A stretch of 64,000 bases of DNA from an uncultured Eubacteriales bacterium (GTDB lineage: Bacteria; Bacillota; Clostridia; TANB77; CAG-508): contig CASEIZ010000024.1 in the NCBI GenBank assembly GCA_949288185.1, positions 74,303 through 138,302 of the forward strand, given 5' to 3'. Below are positions 1 to 9,098 of the stretch, piece by piece; position 1 is the stretch's first letter; the number at the start of each line of letters is the position of its first letter. The notes beneath the pieces are model-generated. The model saw only the letters and a program-made list of their open reading frames with translations, searched no databases and was not told the DNA's origin. The position numbers and the translations under genes were made by a program.

Positions 1-1
1 A

Positions 2-970
2 AAAGAGTGTGAAATTGTAAAAGATTTATTTCCTAGTTATATAGCTGGGATATTAAGCGAAGAATCAGAAAAATTTATACAAGCTCATATAAATGAATGC
101 CAAGAATGTAGAAATTTATTAGAAAAGATGTCAGAAAATTCTGAAAATAGTAAATTAGAAAGTGAAGATAAAATTGAATATAATCACTTAAAAAAATATA
201 GAAGAAAGATGGTAATATTAAAATCTGTTTTATTTTCTATTCTTATTGTAATAATTGCAATAATAACTATATTTATAGCAAAATACAATTATAGTAACAA
301 TATTATGGAACAAGTTATTAGTAAAATAGAAGAATATAAAAAGTCAGATAATTATTCAATAAAAAAAGTAGAACATAGAATTGACTATGAACGAAACAAT
401 GAATTTACGTTTACAAAGGTGTACTATTACAAAGATGGAAAGTATAAAAAAGAAAGTTTAGCAGAAAGTCCAAATCAAAAGTTTTTAAATTCAACCATGT
501 ATGATTACGGAGAAATTAATTCAAATCAAAGAATTGAAATAACCGAAGATATAAAGACTGCAAATATTGAAACATCAAACTTTACTTATGTTAAAGAAGG
601 ACAATTTTTCAATTTGTTGTTAGATGAGGTTCAATTATACAATACAAATTTTGGATTCTTTTCTGGTATATTTATGAGAATGGGATACCAAGTTAGAACA
701 GATAGATACAATGGAAAAGAATGCTATGTTTTTAAAATACAGGATGATACATCTTATACAGAAAAGTGGATAGATAAAGAAAGTATGATGATTGTTAGAG
801 CAATTCAAGATGTTTATAATAAGTCTTATACAGAAATATCATATTTTGTATCTTTTGATAATGTTACAGAAGAACAAGTAGCAGTTCCAAATTTACAAGA
901 TTATAATGTTGAAAATAGTGAAAAAAGTATGGAAGAAGAAATGGTAGAAATTTATAATAAAAATTTATAA
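2..970 (+). CDS. anti-sigma factor, 5' end cut by window edge (zf-HC2 N-terminus, one TM, LolA/DUF4367-like outer domain)
   Basis: Frame 2 is open from nt 2 and reads KECEIVKDLFPSY...HINECQECRNLL (HxxxCxxC anti-sigma zinc finger) upstream of the track Met at 128. Hydrophobic helix VLFSILIVIIAIITIFIA. N-terminus is paralogous to the anti-sigma at 54751. Confidence 0.7.
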   Translation, partial: KECEIVKDLFPSYIAGILSEESEKFIQAHINECQECRNLLEKMSENSENSKLESEDKIEYNHLKKYRRKMVILKSVLFSILIVIIAIITIFIAKYNYSNNIMEQVISKIEEYKKSDNYSIKKVEHRIDYERNNEFTFTKVYYYKDGKYKKESLAESPNQKFLNSTMYDYGEINSNQRIEITEDIKTANIETSNFTYVKEGQFFNLLLDEVQLYNTNFGFFSGIFMRMGYQVRTDRYNGKECYVFKIQDDTSYTEKWIDKESMMIVRAIQDVYNKSYTEISYFVSFDNVTEEQVAVPNLQDYNVENSEKSMEEEMVEIYNKNL

Positions 971-1022
971 CATATAAATAAATCAAAAGGGGGAAAGGTT
1001 AGTTTCAATAACCAGACAATAA

Positions 1023-1709
1023 ATGATTAAAGCATTAATAGTAGATGATAATTTACAATATATAAAGAATATACTAAATACAACAATAAATAAATTTTCT
1101 GAAATACATATAGAATATATTGCAACGACTGCAAAAGAAGCAATAAACGTTATATCAAATAATCAAATAGATTTAATATTTCTTGACTTAAATCTTCCAG
1201 ATGAAAATGGAATATATATAATTGACAAAATAAAATATTTGAATACTATAAAAAATCCATATATTGTTATAATTTCAGAAGATAGAAAGCTCATTGAAAT
1301 AATAAATGAAAGACAGATTTCATTTGATGTTATTAGTAAATTTGAAAGTAATAATATAATTTATAATAGAATTAAAAAAATTATTCACGAAATAAAATTT
1401 AGTACAAATGAGAAAGAAATAAAGGAATTCGTTGTTTCTGAAATGTCTAACATGGGATATAACTGGAAATACAAAGGAACATTATATATGCTTGAAACAA
1501 TTTTATATATTTATCAAAATAATAATATGGATTTATTAGATAATTTAGAAAAAAATGTATATAAGTATATATCTTATCGAAATGGAAAAAAGATTAATAG
1601 TATAAAGACTAATATTATAAAAGCAACTAGTGCAATAAAGAACGGAGATAATTTAACACCTAAATTTGTTGTGTCAAATATTTTAACTAGAATAATTAGT
1701 AATTATTAA
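1023..1709 (+). CDS. orphan response regulator with Spo0A C-terminal-like DNA-binding domain
   Basis: Receiver motifs IVDDN and FLDLNLPDENG. C-terminal part aligns by eye with the Spo0A effector domain (YKGTLYMLETILY / NSIKTNIIKAT / LTPKFVVSNILTRI versus Spo0A IKGYLYLREAI / ASRVERAIRHAI / PTNSEFIAMVADKL). Confidence 0.6.
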   Translation: MIKALIVDDNLQYIKNILNTTINKFSEIHIEYIATTAKEAINVISNNQIDLIFLDLNLPDENGIYIIDKIKYLNTIKNPYIVIISEDRKLIEIINERQISFDVISKFESNNIIYNRIKKIIHEIKFSTNEKEIKEFVVSEMSNMGYNWKYKGTLYMLETILYIYQNNNMDLLDNLEKNVYKYISYRNGKKINSIKTNIIKATSAIKNGDNLTPKFVVSNILTRIISNY

Positions 1710-1841
1710 TTATTAAGATAGTAGATAGTTTGTTATATAAAAATAAAGAAACAGATATGGATATATAGAATATTTTTCATATCTGTTTTTGATTTACTTT
1801 TTATGAATATTGGAAATAGGTAAAAAGTATTAAGTATTTAT

Positions 1842-2321
1842 TTAATATTTTAATTTCCAAAGTTCCTTATCACTATACATTTCAAGAAGTTTATTTTTAG
1901 CATTCTCAACATCTATTAAAGTTGCATGAATATCCATATTCTCAATAGTATTCATCAATTTTGAAATTCTTTTATTCATAGTATTTTTTATTTTCTTAAT
2001 AGAAATCATTTTCTTATCAGAAAAAAGAAATAAATTAAATGAAGGTAATTTCATTAGATTTTTCAAATAAGTGTATTCTTTAGTAATTCCCAAACTAATT
2101 AAACATTTGTAGATTTTTTCGTTACACTTTAACATTAAGATAAAAATAGGTATAGAATCAATTACAATAAAGTTCATTTTAAATTTAAAAGTAGTTGAAA
2201 GTATATCTTTAATCCTTAAACATAATGAAAAAGTATCAGATTTGCCAAGATTATCTCTTAAAATGGAAAGATTATCTAATGGCAAAAGGTCTATTTGATC
2301 TAATTCGATTATAGACTTCAT
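1842..2321 (-). CDS. hypothetical protein
   Basis: 159-aa ORF divergent from the XRE gene. No recognisable motif. Confidence 0.5.
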   Translation of the reverse strand: MKSIIELDQIDLLPLDNLSILRDNLGKSDTFSLCLRIKDILSTTFKFKMNFIVIDSIPIFILMLKCNEKIYKCLISLGITKEYTYLKNLMKLPSFNLFLFSDKKMISIKKIKNTMNKRISKLMNTIENMDIHATLIDVENAKNKLLEMYSDKELWKLKY

Positions 2322-2511
2322 AACTTTTCACCTTCTTTTACGATAAATATAATAGCACATATGGAATAAAATTCAAGTATATATATAAAATTAGTATAAC
2401 ACAACATATTTTATTTTACTATAATTCTTCTAAATAAATATAGTATATGTAAAAAACTTTTTTCTCATAATATACTTATAACAAGTATTGGTAGAGGAGT
2501 AAGTAGTAAAA

Positions 2512-2856
2512 ATGGATTTAAAAGAGATTGGTAGAAGAATTTCAAAACAAAGAAAAGTAAAAGGTATGACACAAGAGATGTTAGCTGAAAAAGCAGATAT
2601 TTCAGTTGGATACTTATCTGGAATAGAAAGTGGAAATAAAGTAGCAAGTTTAAAGAATATGCTAAATATAGCAAATGCCTTAGAGATGTCTTTAGATTTT
2701 ATGCTTTTAAATGATATAGAAACAGAAAATATTAAGAAAGACAAATATATAGATGAATTTAAAATCATGTTAAAGGAGATAGATGATAAAGATAAAATAG
2801 AAAGATTTGTAAATTATGCAAAAGCCCTTTCAGAAGAAATAGCAAAGGAAAAGTAA
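2512..2856 (+). CDS. XRE-family helix-turn-helix transcriptional regulator
   Basis: MTQEMLAEKADISVGYLSGIESGNKVASLKNMLNIANAL is a canonical HTH_3/XRE motif. First gene of the phage-like block. Confidence 0.85.
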   Translation: MDLKEIGRRISKQRKVKGMTQEMLAEKADISVGYLSGIESGNKVASLKNMLNIANALEMSLDFMLLNDIETENIKKDKYIDEFKIMLKEIDDKDKIERFVNYAKALSEEIAKEK

Positions 2857-2886
2857 GTTGGATAAAAAAATAACTTGTAACCCCAT

Positions 2887-2927
2887 ATATAATCAATAAA
2901 AAAAATATTTATTGATTATATTTTTTT
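2887..2927 (+). terminator. rho-independent terminator after XRE gene
   Basis: Perfect 14-bp stem ATATAATCAATAAA / TTTATTGATTATAT, 7-nt loop, then a T7 run. Confidence 0.7.
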
Positions 2928-2970
2928 AGGCTCAAAAAGGAATTATAATATAGATGTATTCAAAAAAAGT

Positions 2971-3203
2971 AACTATTTATAAGGTCAATCTATAAATAGT
3001 TATTCTACCTAGAAAAACTAGGTTATAGCTAATAAAATTAGCATGACTTGCGTTTTAAGCAAGTATAATTGGTAAAGCGACACCAATACAAAATAACAGT
3101 CCTTGTATTAGTGTGCTTAAAATTAAGAAATAAGAAGGCAAGAAGTATAAATGAGAAAAAGAATCCCCTAATAATTTCATTTATATACTTGACTTCTTTT
3201 TTT
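2971..3203 (+). ncRNA. candidate structured RNA or origin-like region (six short hairpins plus long terminator hairpin)
   Basis: No ORF of 60 aa or more on either strand in 2857-3288. Hairpins: AACTATTTATA/TATAAATAGTT, ACCTAG/CTAGGT, GCTAAT/ATTAGC, ACTTGC/GCAAGT, ATTGGT/ACCAAT, ATACAA/TTGTAT, then 3133-3197 long imperfect hairpin followed by T7. Confidence 0.3.
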
Positions 3204-3288
3204 ATTTTAAAGGAAGGAGGTTAAAGTTAATTTATTTTGAATACGACTCTTAAAGTTTAAGAGAATTTATATAAAAGGAGGTAAAATA

Positions 3289-3522
3289 TTGAGAATTAAC
3301 TTTAAAAAAAGGAAAAAAAGGAAAAGTGAAGATGATTTTGCATCAGAAATAGTTGAAATAATAGAAGAAAAAATGGATGATGCAATGAAGTTAGATTTGC
3401 CATTAGAAATATTAGAAGTAAAAGATGAACAACTAAAATTTAGAGAAGATTTAAGAAAAGATTTAGTTTATGAAATATCTGATTTTCTACATAGCAATCA
3501 AAAAATAAAAAAAGTAGCATAA
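3289..3522 (+). CDS. hypothetical phage-like protein (acidic, ends KKVA)
   Basis: TTG start 8 nt after AAAGGAGG. 77-aa ORF. First gene of a long same-strand array. Confidence 0.55.
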   Translation: MRINFKKRKKRKSEDDFASEIVEIIEEKMDDAMKLDLPLEILEVKDEQLKFREDLRKDLVYEISDFLHSNQKIKKVA

Positions 3523-3537
3523 ATAAAATGGAAAGGA

Positions 3538-4464
3538 ATGAATAATATGAAGCTACCATTTAAAAAGGAAGAATTCCTAGGAAATGTTAGGTCAGGAAAT
3601 AAAAGAGAAAATAATTCACCTAGAAATTTAAGTTATTTTGATGTTCATTTGGATAATTATACATCTGAATATTCAGTTGCATTATTTAATAGTGTTACCA
3701 AAGAAAATCCATCACAATTAGAAATAATGCCAATTGACAATATAATTGTTACAAATGAGATTTATACAAAGAGTTTTAAATGTAAAGGTTATCTTGGAAA
3801 AGCAACAAGAATTACTGGAAATGGAGGAAAACAAGAATGTGCTTGTAATGAAGAAAATTGTAAGTATTTTAAGGAAGGTAAATGTGTGAAAGTAGGAAGA
3901 ATCTATTTTAGGCTTAAAGGAGCTTTAGATAAAGGGATTTGGTGTTATTCAACAAAAAGTAGGGGAATTAAGTATATTGAAAATTATTTGAATTTAATGA
4001 TTGAAAAAGGCATAGATATAACAAAAAGCTATTTTTTATTACAACTTAATGCTAAAACTGGTAAATCTGGAAAAGTATATGTGCCAGATATAAAACTAAT
4101 AAGTTCAAATGAAAATGTAACACCTAAAAATACACAAAGTCCACCACAAAATCCATTACAAAATCAAAATAATAAAAATCAAAATTCAAACAAAAAATTA
4201 TTTCAATATATTGGTGGTAAAATGATAGAATATCAAAATCAAAGAATACCACAATTAATTCTTCAAAATCCTCAAAAAGAAAAGACAATCGTACACATGA
4301 ATCAAGCATCTAAAAAAGATTTATTAAAGTTAAATAAGGGAACAGTAATTGAAATAACAAAATTAAGTAAAGATAAGAATAATACAATATTTTTAACAGA
4401 TTACAATGTTTTAAGAGCTGTACCTAGAAAAGAAAATAAAGAAGAAAATAAAAAAGCAGTCTAA
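3538..4464 (+). CDS. hypothetical phage-like protein with Cys cluster and Q/N-rich linker
   Basis: 308-aa ORF. CKGYLGKATRITGNGGKQECACNEENCKYFKEGKC cysteine cluster. Low-complexity QNPLQNQNNKNQNSN. 3' end lies inside a hairpin AGCAGTCTAA...TTAGAACTGCT plus T-run. Confidence 0.65.
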   Translation: MNNMKLPFKKEEFLGNVRSGNKRENNSPRNLSYFDVHLDNYTSEYSVALFNSVTKENPSQLEIMPIDNIIVTNEIYTKSFKCKGYLGKATRITGNGGKQECACNEENCKYFKEGKCVKVGRIYFRLKGALDKGIWCYSTKSRGIKYIENYLNLMIEKGIDITKSYFLLQLNAKTGKSGKVYVPDIKLISSNENVTPKNTQSPPQNPLQNQNNKNQNSNKKLFQYIGGKMIEYQNQRIPQLILQNPQKEKTIVHMNQASKKDLLKLNKGTVIEITKLSKDKNNTIFLTDYNVLRAVPRKENKEENKKAV

Positions 4465-4513
4465 ATAAGAGTTAGAACTGCTATTATTTTTGCAAAGAAA
4501 GGATATGATACAC

Positions 4514-4681
4514 ATGGTTAAATTTATAAAAAAATTCGTATTTATAACAATCCATTTAATTATTAATTTCCTTTTCTTCACTTATAGAATTATACACAAA
4601 TTTTTTGTAAAAAACAAGAGCAAAATAAAAGAAACACTATTAAATATAGATGAAGTTTTAAAAAGGAATATTGCCTTATGA
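4514..4681 (+). CDS. possible small membrane protein
   Basis: ATG about 10 nt after AAAGGA. Hydrophobic FVFITIHLIINFLFF. Stop overlaps next start (ATGATG). Short, so uncertain. Confidence 0.35.
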   Translation: MVKFIKKFVFITIHLIINFLFFTYRIIHKFFVKNKSKIKETLLNIDEVLKRNIAL

Positions 4682-5262
4682 TGAATAAGTTTAAAAAAGG
4701 AGAATTAGTAATTATTTCAGGCACTGGAAAAGAATTTAACGAAGAAAATACTAATGTGTTAGGAAGAATAAAAGAAAAAGATTATTACTTTAACCAATAT
4801 CTAGTAGAAGTATTTTTTGGAAAGAATGATTGGTTTAAAGAAGAAGATTTAACGCCTGTTTTTGAAAAGAGAAATAGGAAAAAAGATAAATATAAAGTAG
4901 GATTGGTAATCGAAGATAGAGGATTAAGATATATATTAGATGAAATGAGAGTAAAAGACCATAAAACTATAAATATGTTTAAAAAAGCAGACATTTTTCA
5001 AGAATTTAACAAAGATGAAAAAACATATTTTCTAATTATTTGGAGCAACACATATTGGGCAAATACAAATTATACCGTACAAGAAATAGAAAAAGCATTG
5101 CCTATTTTAAAAAAAGAAAATATAGGATACCAATATATAGTTTTAGGAATTTCTGATAAAAAATATATAAAAATTGATGAATTTACCAAAAATGATTCTA
5201 ATGTAGATATTCTGGAATTATCAACCAAAATAAAAATCAAAAAAATTGGAGGGTATATATAA
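4678..5262 (+). CDS. hypothetical phage-like protein
   Basis: 194-aa ORF, translationally coupled on both sides. Confidence 0.65.
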   Translation: MMNKFKKGELVIISGTGKEFNEENTNVLGRIKEKDYYFNQYLVEVFFGKNDWFKEEDLTPVFEKRNRKKDKYKVGLVIEDRGLRYILDEMRVKDHKTINMFKKADIFQEFNKDEKTYFLIIWSNTYWANTNYTVQEIEKALPILKKENIGYQYIVLGISDKKYIKIDEFTKNDSNVDILELSTKIKIKKIGGYI

Positions 5263-5840
5263 TGATATATAATAAAATTTCAGATATTATGAATGAAATT
5301 ATACCGTTAGGTAAGATAAGAAGAGAAGAAATAGTAAGCACATTATTACCTATACTTGCAAAACACAAAATTGTAATAAAGCCAGGAGAAGTAAAAGATT
5401 ATTCTTATACGAAAAATGAATCAAGTTTTATTGTAACATATGAAGTGATAGATACAGAAGATCCAGAGTTAAAATCAATTTTAGTAGAAGTTCCAGCAGG
5501 AGGTCGTGATACGGAAGAAAAGGGAAGAAGTACATATATGGCTTCAACAGGAGCATATAGACAAATGTTTCAGCAACTTTTTGCACTCCCAATAGAAGAT
5601 GAATTACCTGATAATTCTAATAATACTAATAACAATGATTTTGACAATACAAATAATGCAAATAATGATTTTGTATTAGATGAATTTCAAGGTGATAACA
5701 CAGTAGATGAAACTAATGGAACTAACATTACTCCAGATAATCAAAATATGGAGAAAAATAATACTACAACTAATACAAATGCAAAACCAATAAGTGATTT
5801 TACATTTGATGATATAGATGAAGAGTTTTCAAATTTTTAG
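5262..5840 (+). CDS. ERF-like single-strand annealing protein (tentative)
   Basis: GGAGGG RBS, start overlaps previous stop (TAATG). N-terminal IYNKISDIMNEI... and STYMASTGAYRQMFQQLFAL resemble ERF-family signatures. N/D-rich tail. Sits with an ATPase and SSB. Confidence 0.45.
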   Translation: MIYNKISDIMNEIIPLGKIRREEIVSTLLPILAKHKIVIKPGEVKDYSYTKNESSFIVTYEVIDTEDPELKSILVEVPAGGRDTEEKGRSTYMASTGAYRQMFQQLFALPIEDELPDNSNNTNNNDFDNTNNANNDFVLDEFQGDNTVDETNGTNITPDNQNMEKNNTTTNTNAKPISDFTFDDIDEEFSNF

Positions 5841-5857
5841 ATAAAGAGGTGTGAAAT

Positions 5858-7537
5858 ATGATAATAAAATCAATAGATGATACAAGAGGATATAAAGGAT
5901 TACCTGATGGAACAAGGGTTAATTTTGATGAAAATATTACATATATAATAGGAGATAATTATAAAACTAAATCTACTATTCTTTCTGTTCCACTTTGGGT
6001 TATAACAGGATATAGTTTAAATGAAGGTAACCAAGAAGATGTGTCAGATGATAATAGACCAAATTTAAGAAATGTAACAGCTCAAATAACAATAATTGAT
6101 AATGAAGGAGAAGAACATAGTATCTTTAGAAGTAAAGGAAAATCTAACTATGTTTTACTAGATGGCGTAAAGACATCAAGAGAAGCCCTATCAAAATTTT
6201 ATAAAGATATTCAATTTTTTCTATGTGCATATAATCCATATAGATTTAGAAGCATGGAAAAAGACAAACAAAAAGAATTATTATTAAGATTACTTCCAAA
6301 CATAGAAAAAGAAGAAGTATTTAGTTGCTTGACAGAGGAAGAACAAAATATATTAGGAGAACCAATACTAGATGCAAAAGAATACAATAAGGAAAAAAGA
6401 GTTAAAATAAAAGAAATTGAATTTGAAATAAAAAGAAATGAAGGCATAAAAGAAAGTAATCTGTTAACAGCTTTAAAAGTAGAAAGAAAGGAAAAGACAT
6501 TTGATAAGCAAATGGAACTTCTTGATTTAGAAGCTCAATATGAAAATCTTTTAAAAGGTGGAATTGGAGCATTTAACCTAGAAGATATAAAAAATAAAAT
6601 AAACTTACTTGAAAGAAAACTATCTAAAATATTAAAAGAAGATTTAGTAAATGCAAAAGAGAAAAAGAAAAAAATAGAAGATAAAATCAATAATGTATCT
6701 TCGGTTAATAGTGAATGTCCAGTCTGCAAACAAAAGATAGTAAACGAGGCTTTAAGGAAAGCATTAGAAAGGCAATATAATAAAGAGTTAGAAACACTAG
6801 AAAATTCAATTGAGAATTTAAAACAAGAAGCAAAAAATTATTTAACAGAAATGAATTCCAAAAAAGCATTATTTAATAAGCTAAATACAAGTGAAAATAA
6901 AGAAAAATTAGAAAATATAAATACTCTTAAAGAACAAATAGATAGCCTAAAAGAAGAAAAGCTCGAAATTGAACTATATAATCAAAAAGCAGAAACGGAA
7001 AATGAAGAAATTAGAAACGCTAAATCGCAAATAGAAAAGGTAGAAGATGCTATAAAAAAATTAACAGATACCAAAGAATTATATGAAAAGCAAATAGAAG
7101 TTGCTAACAAATTTAGAAAGCTAAAAATAGAAAAGCAAGTAAAAATGATTCAAAATCTACTAGATAAAGTTACAATAGAGTTTTATAAGGTAGATACTTC
7201 TACTGGAGAAATCATAGATGATAATAAATATACAGTAAAATATAATGGCAGAGAATATGAAAAATTATCACATTCACAAAAAATGAGAGCTGATTTTGAA
7301 ATTTCTAATTTAATAAATGAACTTGCTAATATTCATACACCAATGTTCATAGATGATGCAGAATCTATAAGAGATGTTAATATAAAAACAAACAATCAAA
7401 TAGTAGTTGCAATTTTTATAAAATATAGTGAATTAAAGGTTTTATATAACTACCACAATGTATTAGAAGCTAAAAAAGCATCTGTTGACGAACAATTAAG
7501 AGAAGATAGAAATATAAATATGTTAAATGCAGCTTAA
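5858..7537 (+). CDS. Rad50/SbcC-like coiled-coil ATPase with central CxxC zinc hook
   Basis: N-terminal P-loop-like GDNYKTKST, about 350 aa of K/E-rich coiled coil with CPVCKQK at its midpoint, and a C-terminal Walker B-like MFIDDAESI. Confidence 0.65.
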   Translation: MIIKSIDDTRGYKGLPDGTRVNFDENITYIIGDNYKTKSTILSVPLWVITGYSLNEGNQEDVSDDNRPNLRNVTAQITIIDNEGEEHSIFRSKGKSNYVLLDGVKTSREALSKFYKDIQFFLCAYNPYRFRSMEKDKQKELLLRLLPNIEKEEVFSCLTEEEQNILGEPILDAKEYNKEKRVKIKEIEFEIKRNEGIKESNLLTALKVERKEKTFDKQMELLDLEAQYENLLKGGIGAFNLEDIKNKINLLERKLSKILKEDLVNAKEKKKKIEDKINNVSSVNSECPVCKQKIVNEALRKALERQYNKELETLENSIENLKQEAKNYLTEMNSKKALFNKLNTSENKEKLENINTLKEQIDSLKEEKLEIELYNQKAETENEEIRNAKSQIEKVEDAIKKLTDTKELYEKQIEVANKFRKLKIEKQVKMIQNLLDKVTIEFYKVDTSTGEIIDDNKYTVKYNGREYEKLSHSQKMRADFEISNLINELANIHTPMFIDDAESIRDVNIKTNNQIVVAIFIKYSELKVLYNYHNVLEAKKASVDEQLREDRNINMLNAA

Positions 7538-7588
7538 ATAGAGCTATTTTTTAAAATAGTTTTTTTTTTTTGCAAAAAGGAGGATATT

Positions 7589-8344
7589 ATGCTTAAAATT
7601 AAGAATTTTTTACAATATGCAAAATGTTTAAATTGTAATAAAGAATTTCTCCTATATGATACATATAAAATAAATAATAAAGAATATGTTTGTCATAGTT
7701 GTAGTAGGCAACAAGGATATACGACAAGAAATAATGAAAAGCAAGGAAAAGAAACACAAATGACATTTTCTTTTGAATTTGAAACAGGTGAAAGAAATCT
7801 TGAGTTGTATGAACTTCTAAAATATGGATTTATTGGATGCTATGATGGTTCAATATCAGGAACAGAATGGAAAAGTCCTATATATTCAAATCGAAAAACG
7901 TTTCATGCTATTTGTAGAAAATTAGATAAATTTGCTAAATATATTAATAATGGTTGTGGAACTCACTTGCATGTTGGAACAAAATACAAATATATCATGC
8001 AAGATTATGAAGTAGAGTTATTTTCGCCACTATTAGAATATATGAGAAAGGATAAAGAAAAGACAAAAAAATTCTGGGGAAGATATTTTAATCATTATTG
8101 TTCAGAATATTTTGAAGAAGATAGATACAATTCATTTAATACGAGATCATCAGTAGAAACATTAGAGTTTAGACTATTAAAGTTTAATAATTCAAAGCAA
8201 TATATAAGAGCAACTGACTTTTGCATAGATACAACTAAATACATAAATTATCATATATCAAAAGGAAATTTTGACAGCAATAAGGCAAGAAAAGTAGGAC
8301 AAACAATATTAAAAAAGTACATGGAGGTAACCGAAAATGTGTAG
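7589..8344 (+). CDS. putative amidoligase (Amidoligase_2 / glutamine-synthetase-like fold) with N-terminal zinc ribbon
   Basis: CLNCNKEF...CHSC ribbon. FSFEFETGE, GCYDGSISGTEWKSPIY, CGTHLHVG and ETLEFR match the conserved blocks of the putative amidoligase family. Confidence 0.65.
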   Translation: MLKIKNFLQYAKCLNCNKEFLLYDTYKINNKEYVCHSCSRQQGYTTRNNEKQGKETQMTFSFEFETGERNLELYELLKYGFIGCYDGSISGTEWKSPIYSNRKTFHAICRKLDKFAKYINNGCGTHLHVGTKYKYIMQDYEVELFSPLLEYMRKDKEKTKKFWGRYFNHYCSEYFEEDRYNSFNTRSSVETLEFRLLKFNNSKQYIRATDFCIDTTKYINYHISKGNFDSNKARKVGQTILKKYMEVTENV

Positions 8345-9098
8345 ACTGATTTTAATGAATAAAAATGGAGAAAAAGAAATAGAAAAAAGATATGGTATGC
8401 AAAATTTCCTGACTTATTTAGAAAAATCATTTGGAGGAGATGGAAATGGCTATGCCTTAATGAAAAATAGTAAAGTAATAAAAATAGAAAAAGGTCTTAA
8501 TTTATCGACAAAAGATATAGCAACAAGAATAAAAAAGATAAATTATGACTGGTGCATATTTCATACAAGATATGCTTCTATCGGTATTAAATCTAATCAA
8601 AATTGTCATCCGTTTATTAGAAAAGGAAGCTCTGAAGAAGTAATGGCAATGAATGGTACTGAAAGCTCGGTTGGCTTTATTAGTAAAGTATTAGAGAAGA
8701 CAGATACAGAAGCTATTTTAGATTTAAAAGTAAAATATAATCTGGAATTACCTGCATTAAAAAAATTAGGCAGTATTTTTGTTGGATTTAGTAAAGGAAA
8801 ACCATATGTAGTGGCAGATAATACTAAAAATATAAGACTTTTAAAAGATGGTAGAAATAATGCAATTGTATTTGCATCAGAATTTCCAGATGAAATTACT
8901 GGAACTATCTATAAGCCCAATAAATGTTTTATTTGGAATGGAGAAAAAATTGACATGACAAATTTTAAGAAATGTTATCCTAGAAAATATGAATATTGTG
9001 ATTATTATTTTGATACATTTCCAGCATACAGTTTGGATGATTACTATGAAGATTTATACCAAAAATATTATGAGGAGGGTGAAAAAGATGTTGCTTAA
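8337..9098 (+). CDS. class II (Ntn) glutamine amidotransferase-like protein
   Basis: Starts MCRLIL (Cys2 nucleophile). FHTRYASIG....NCHPF....MNGTE blocks. Overlaps the amidoligase stop by 8 nt (ATGTGTAG). Confidence 0.7.
   Translation: MCRLILMNKNGEKEIEKRYGMQNFLTYLEKSFGGDGNGYALMKNSKVIKIEKGLNLSTKDIATRIKKINYDWCIFHTRYASIGIKSNQNCHPFIRKGSSEEVMAMNGTESSVGFISKVLEKTDTEAILDLKVKYNLELPALKKLGSIFVGFSKGKPYVVADNTKNIRLLKDGRNNAIVFASEFPDEITGTIYKPNKCFIWNGEKIDMTNFKKCYPRKYEYCDYYFDTFPAYSLDDYYEDLYQKYYEEGEKDVA

Noticed and set aside
2430-2768. Two minus-strand ORFs (112 and 69 aa) opposite the XRE gene
   Set aside because: They are antisense shadows of a CDS with a canonical HTH motif and have low-complexity hydrophobic translations.
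7560-7571. T12 homopolymer as a phase-variation tract
   Set aside because: It lies in the intergenic region just after the weak hairpin CTATTTT/AAAATAG, downstream of the Rad50-like gene. It is most simply the U-tract of a terminator and is not within a CDS or promoter spacer.
8989-9087. N-terminal 33-codon extension of ORF 8989-9573
   Set aside because: It would overlap the amidotransferase gene by 110 nt. The internal ATG 9088 has a strong GAGGAGGGTG RBS.
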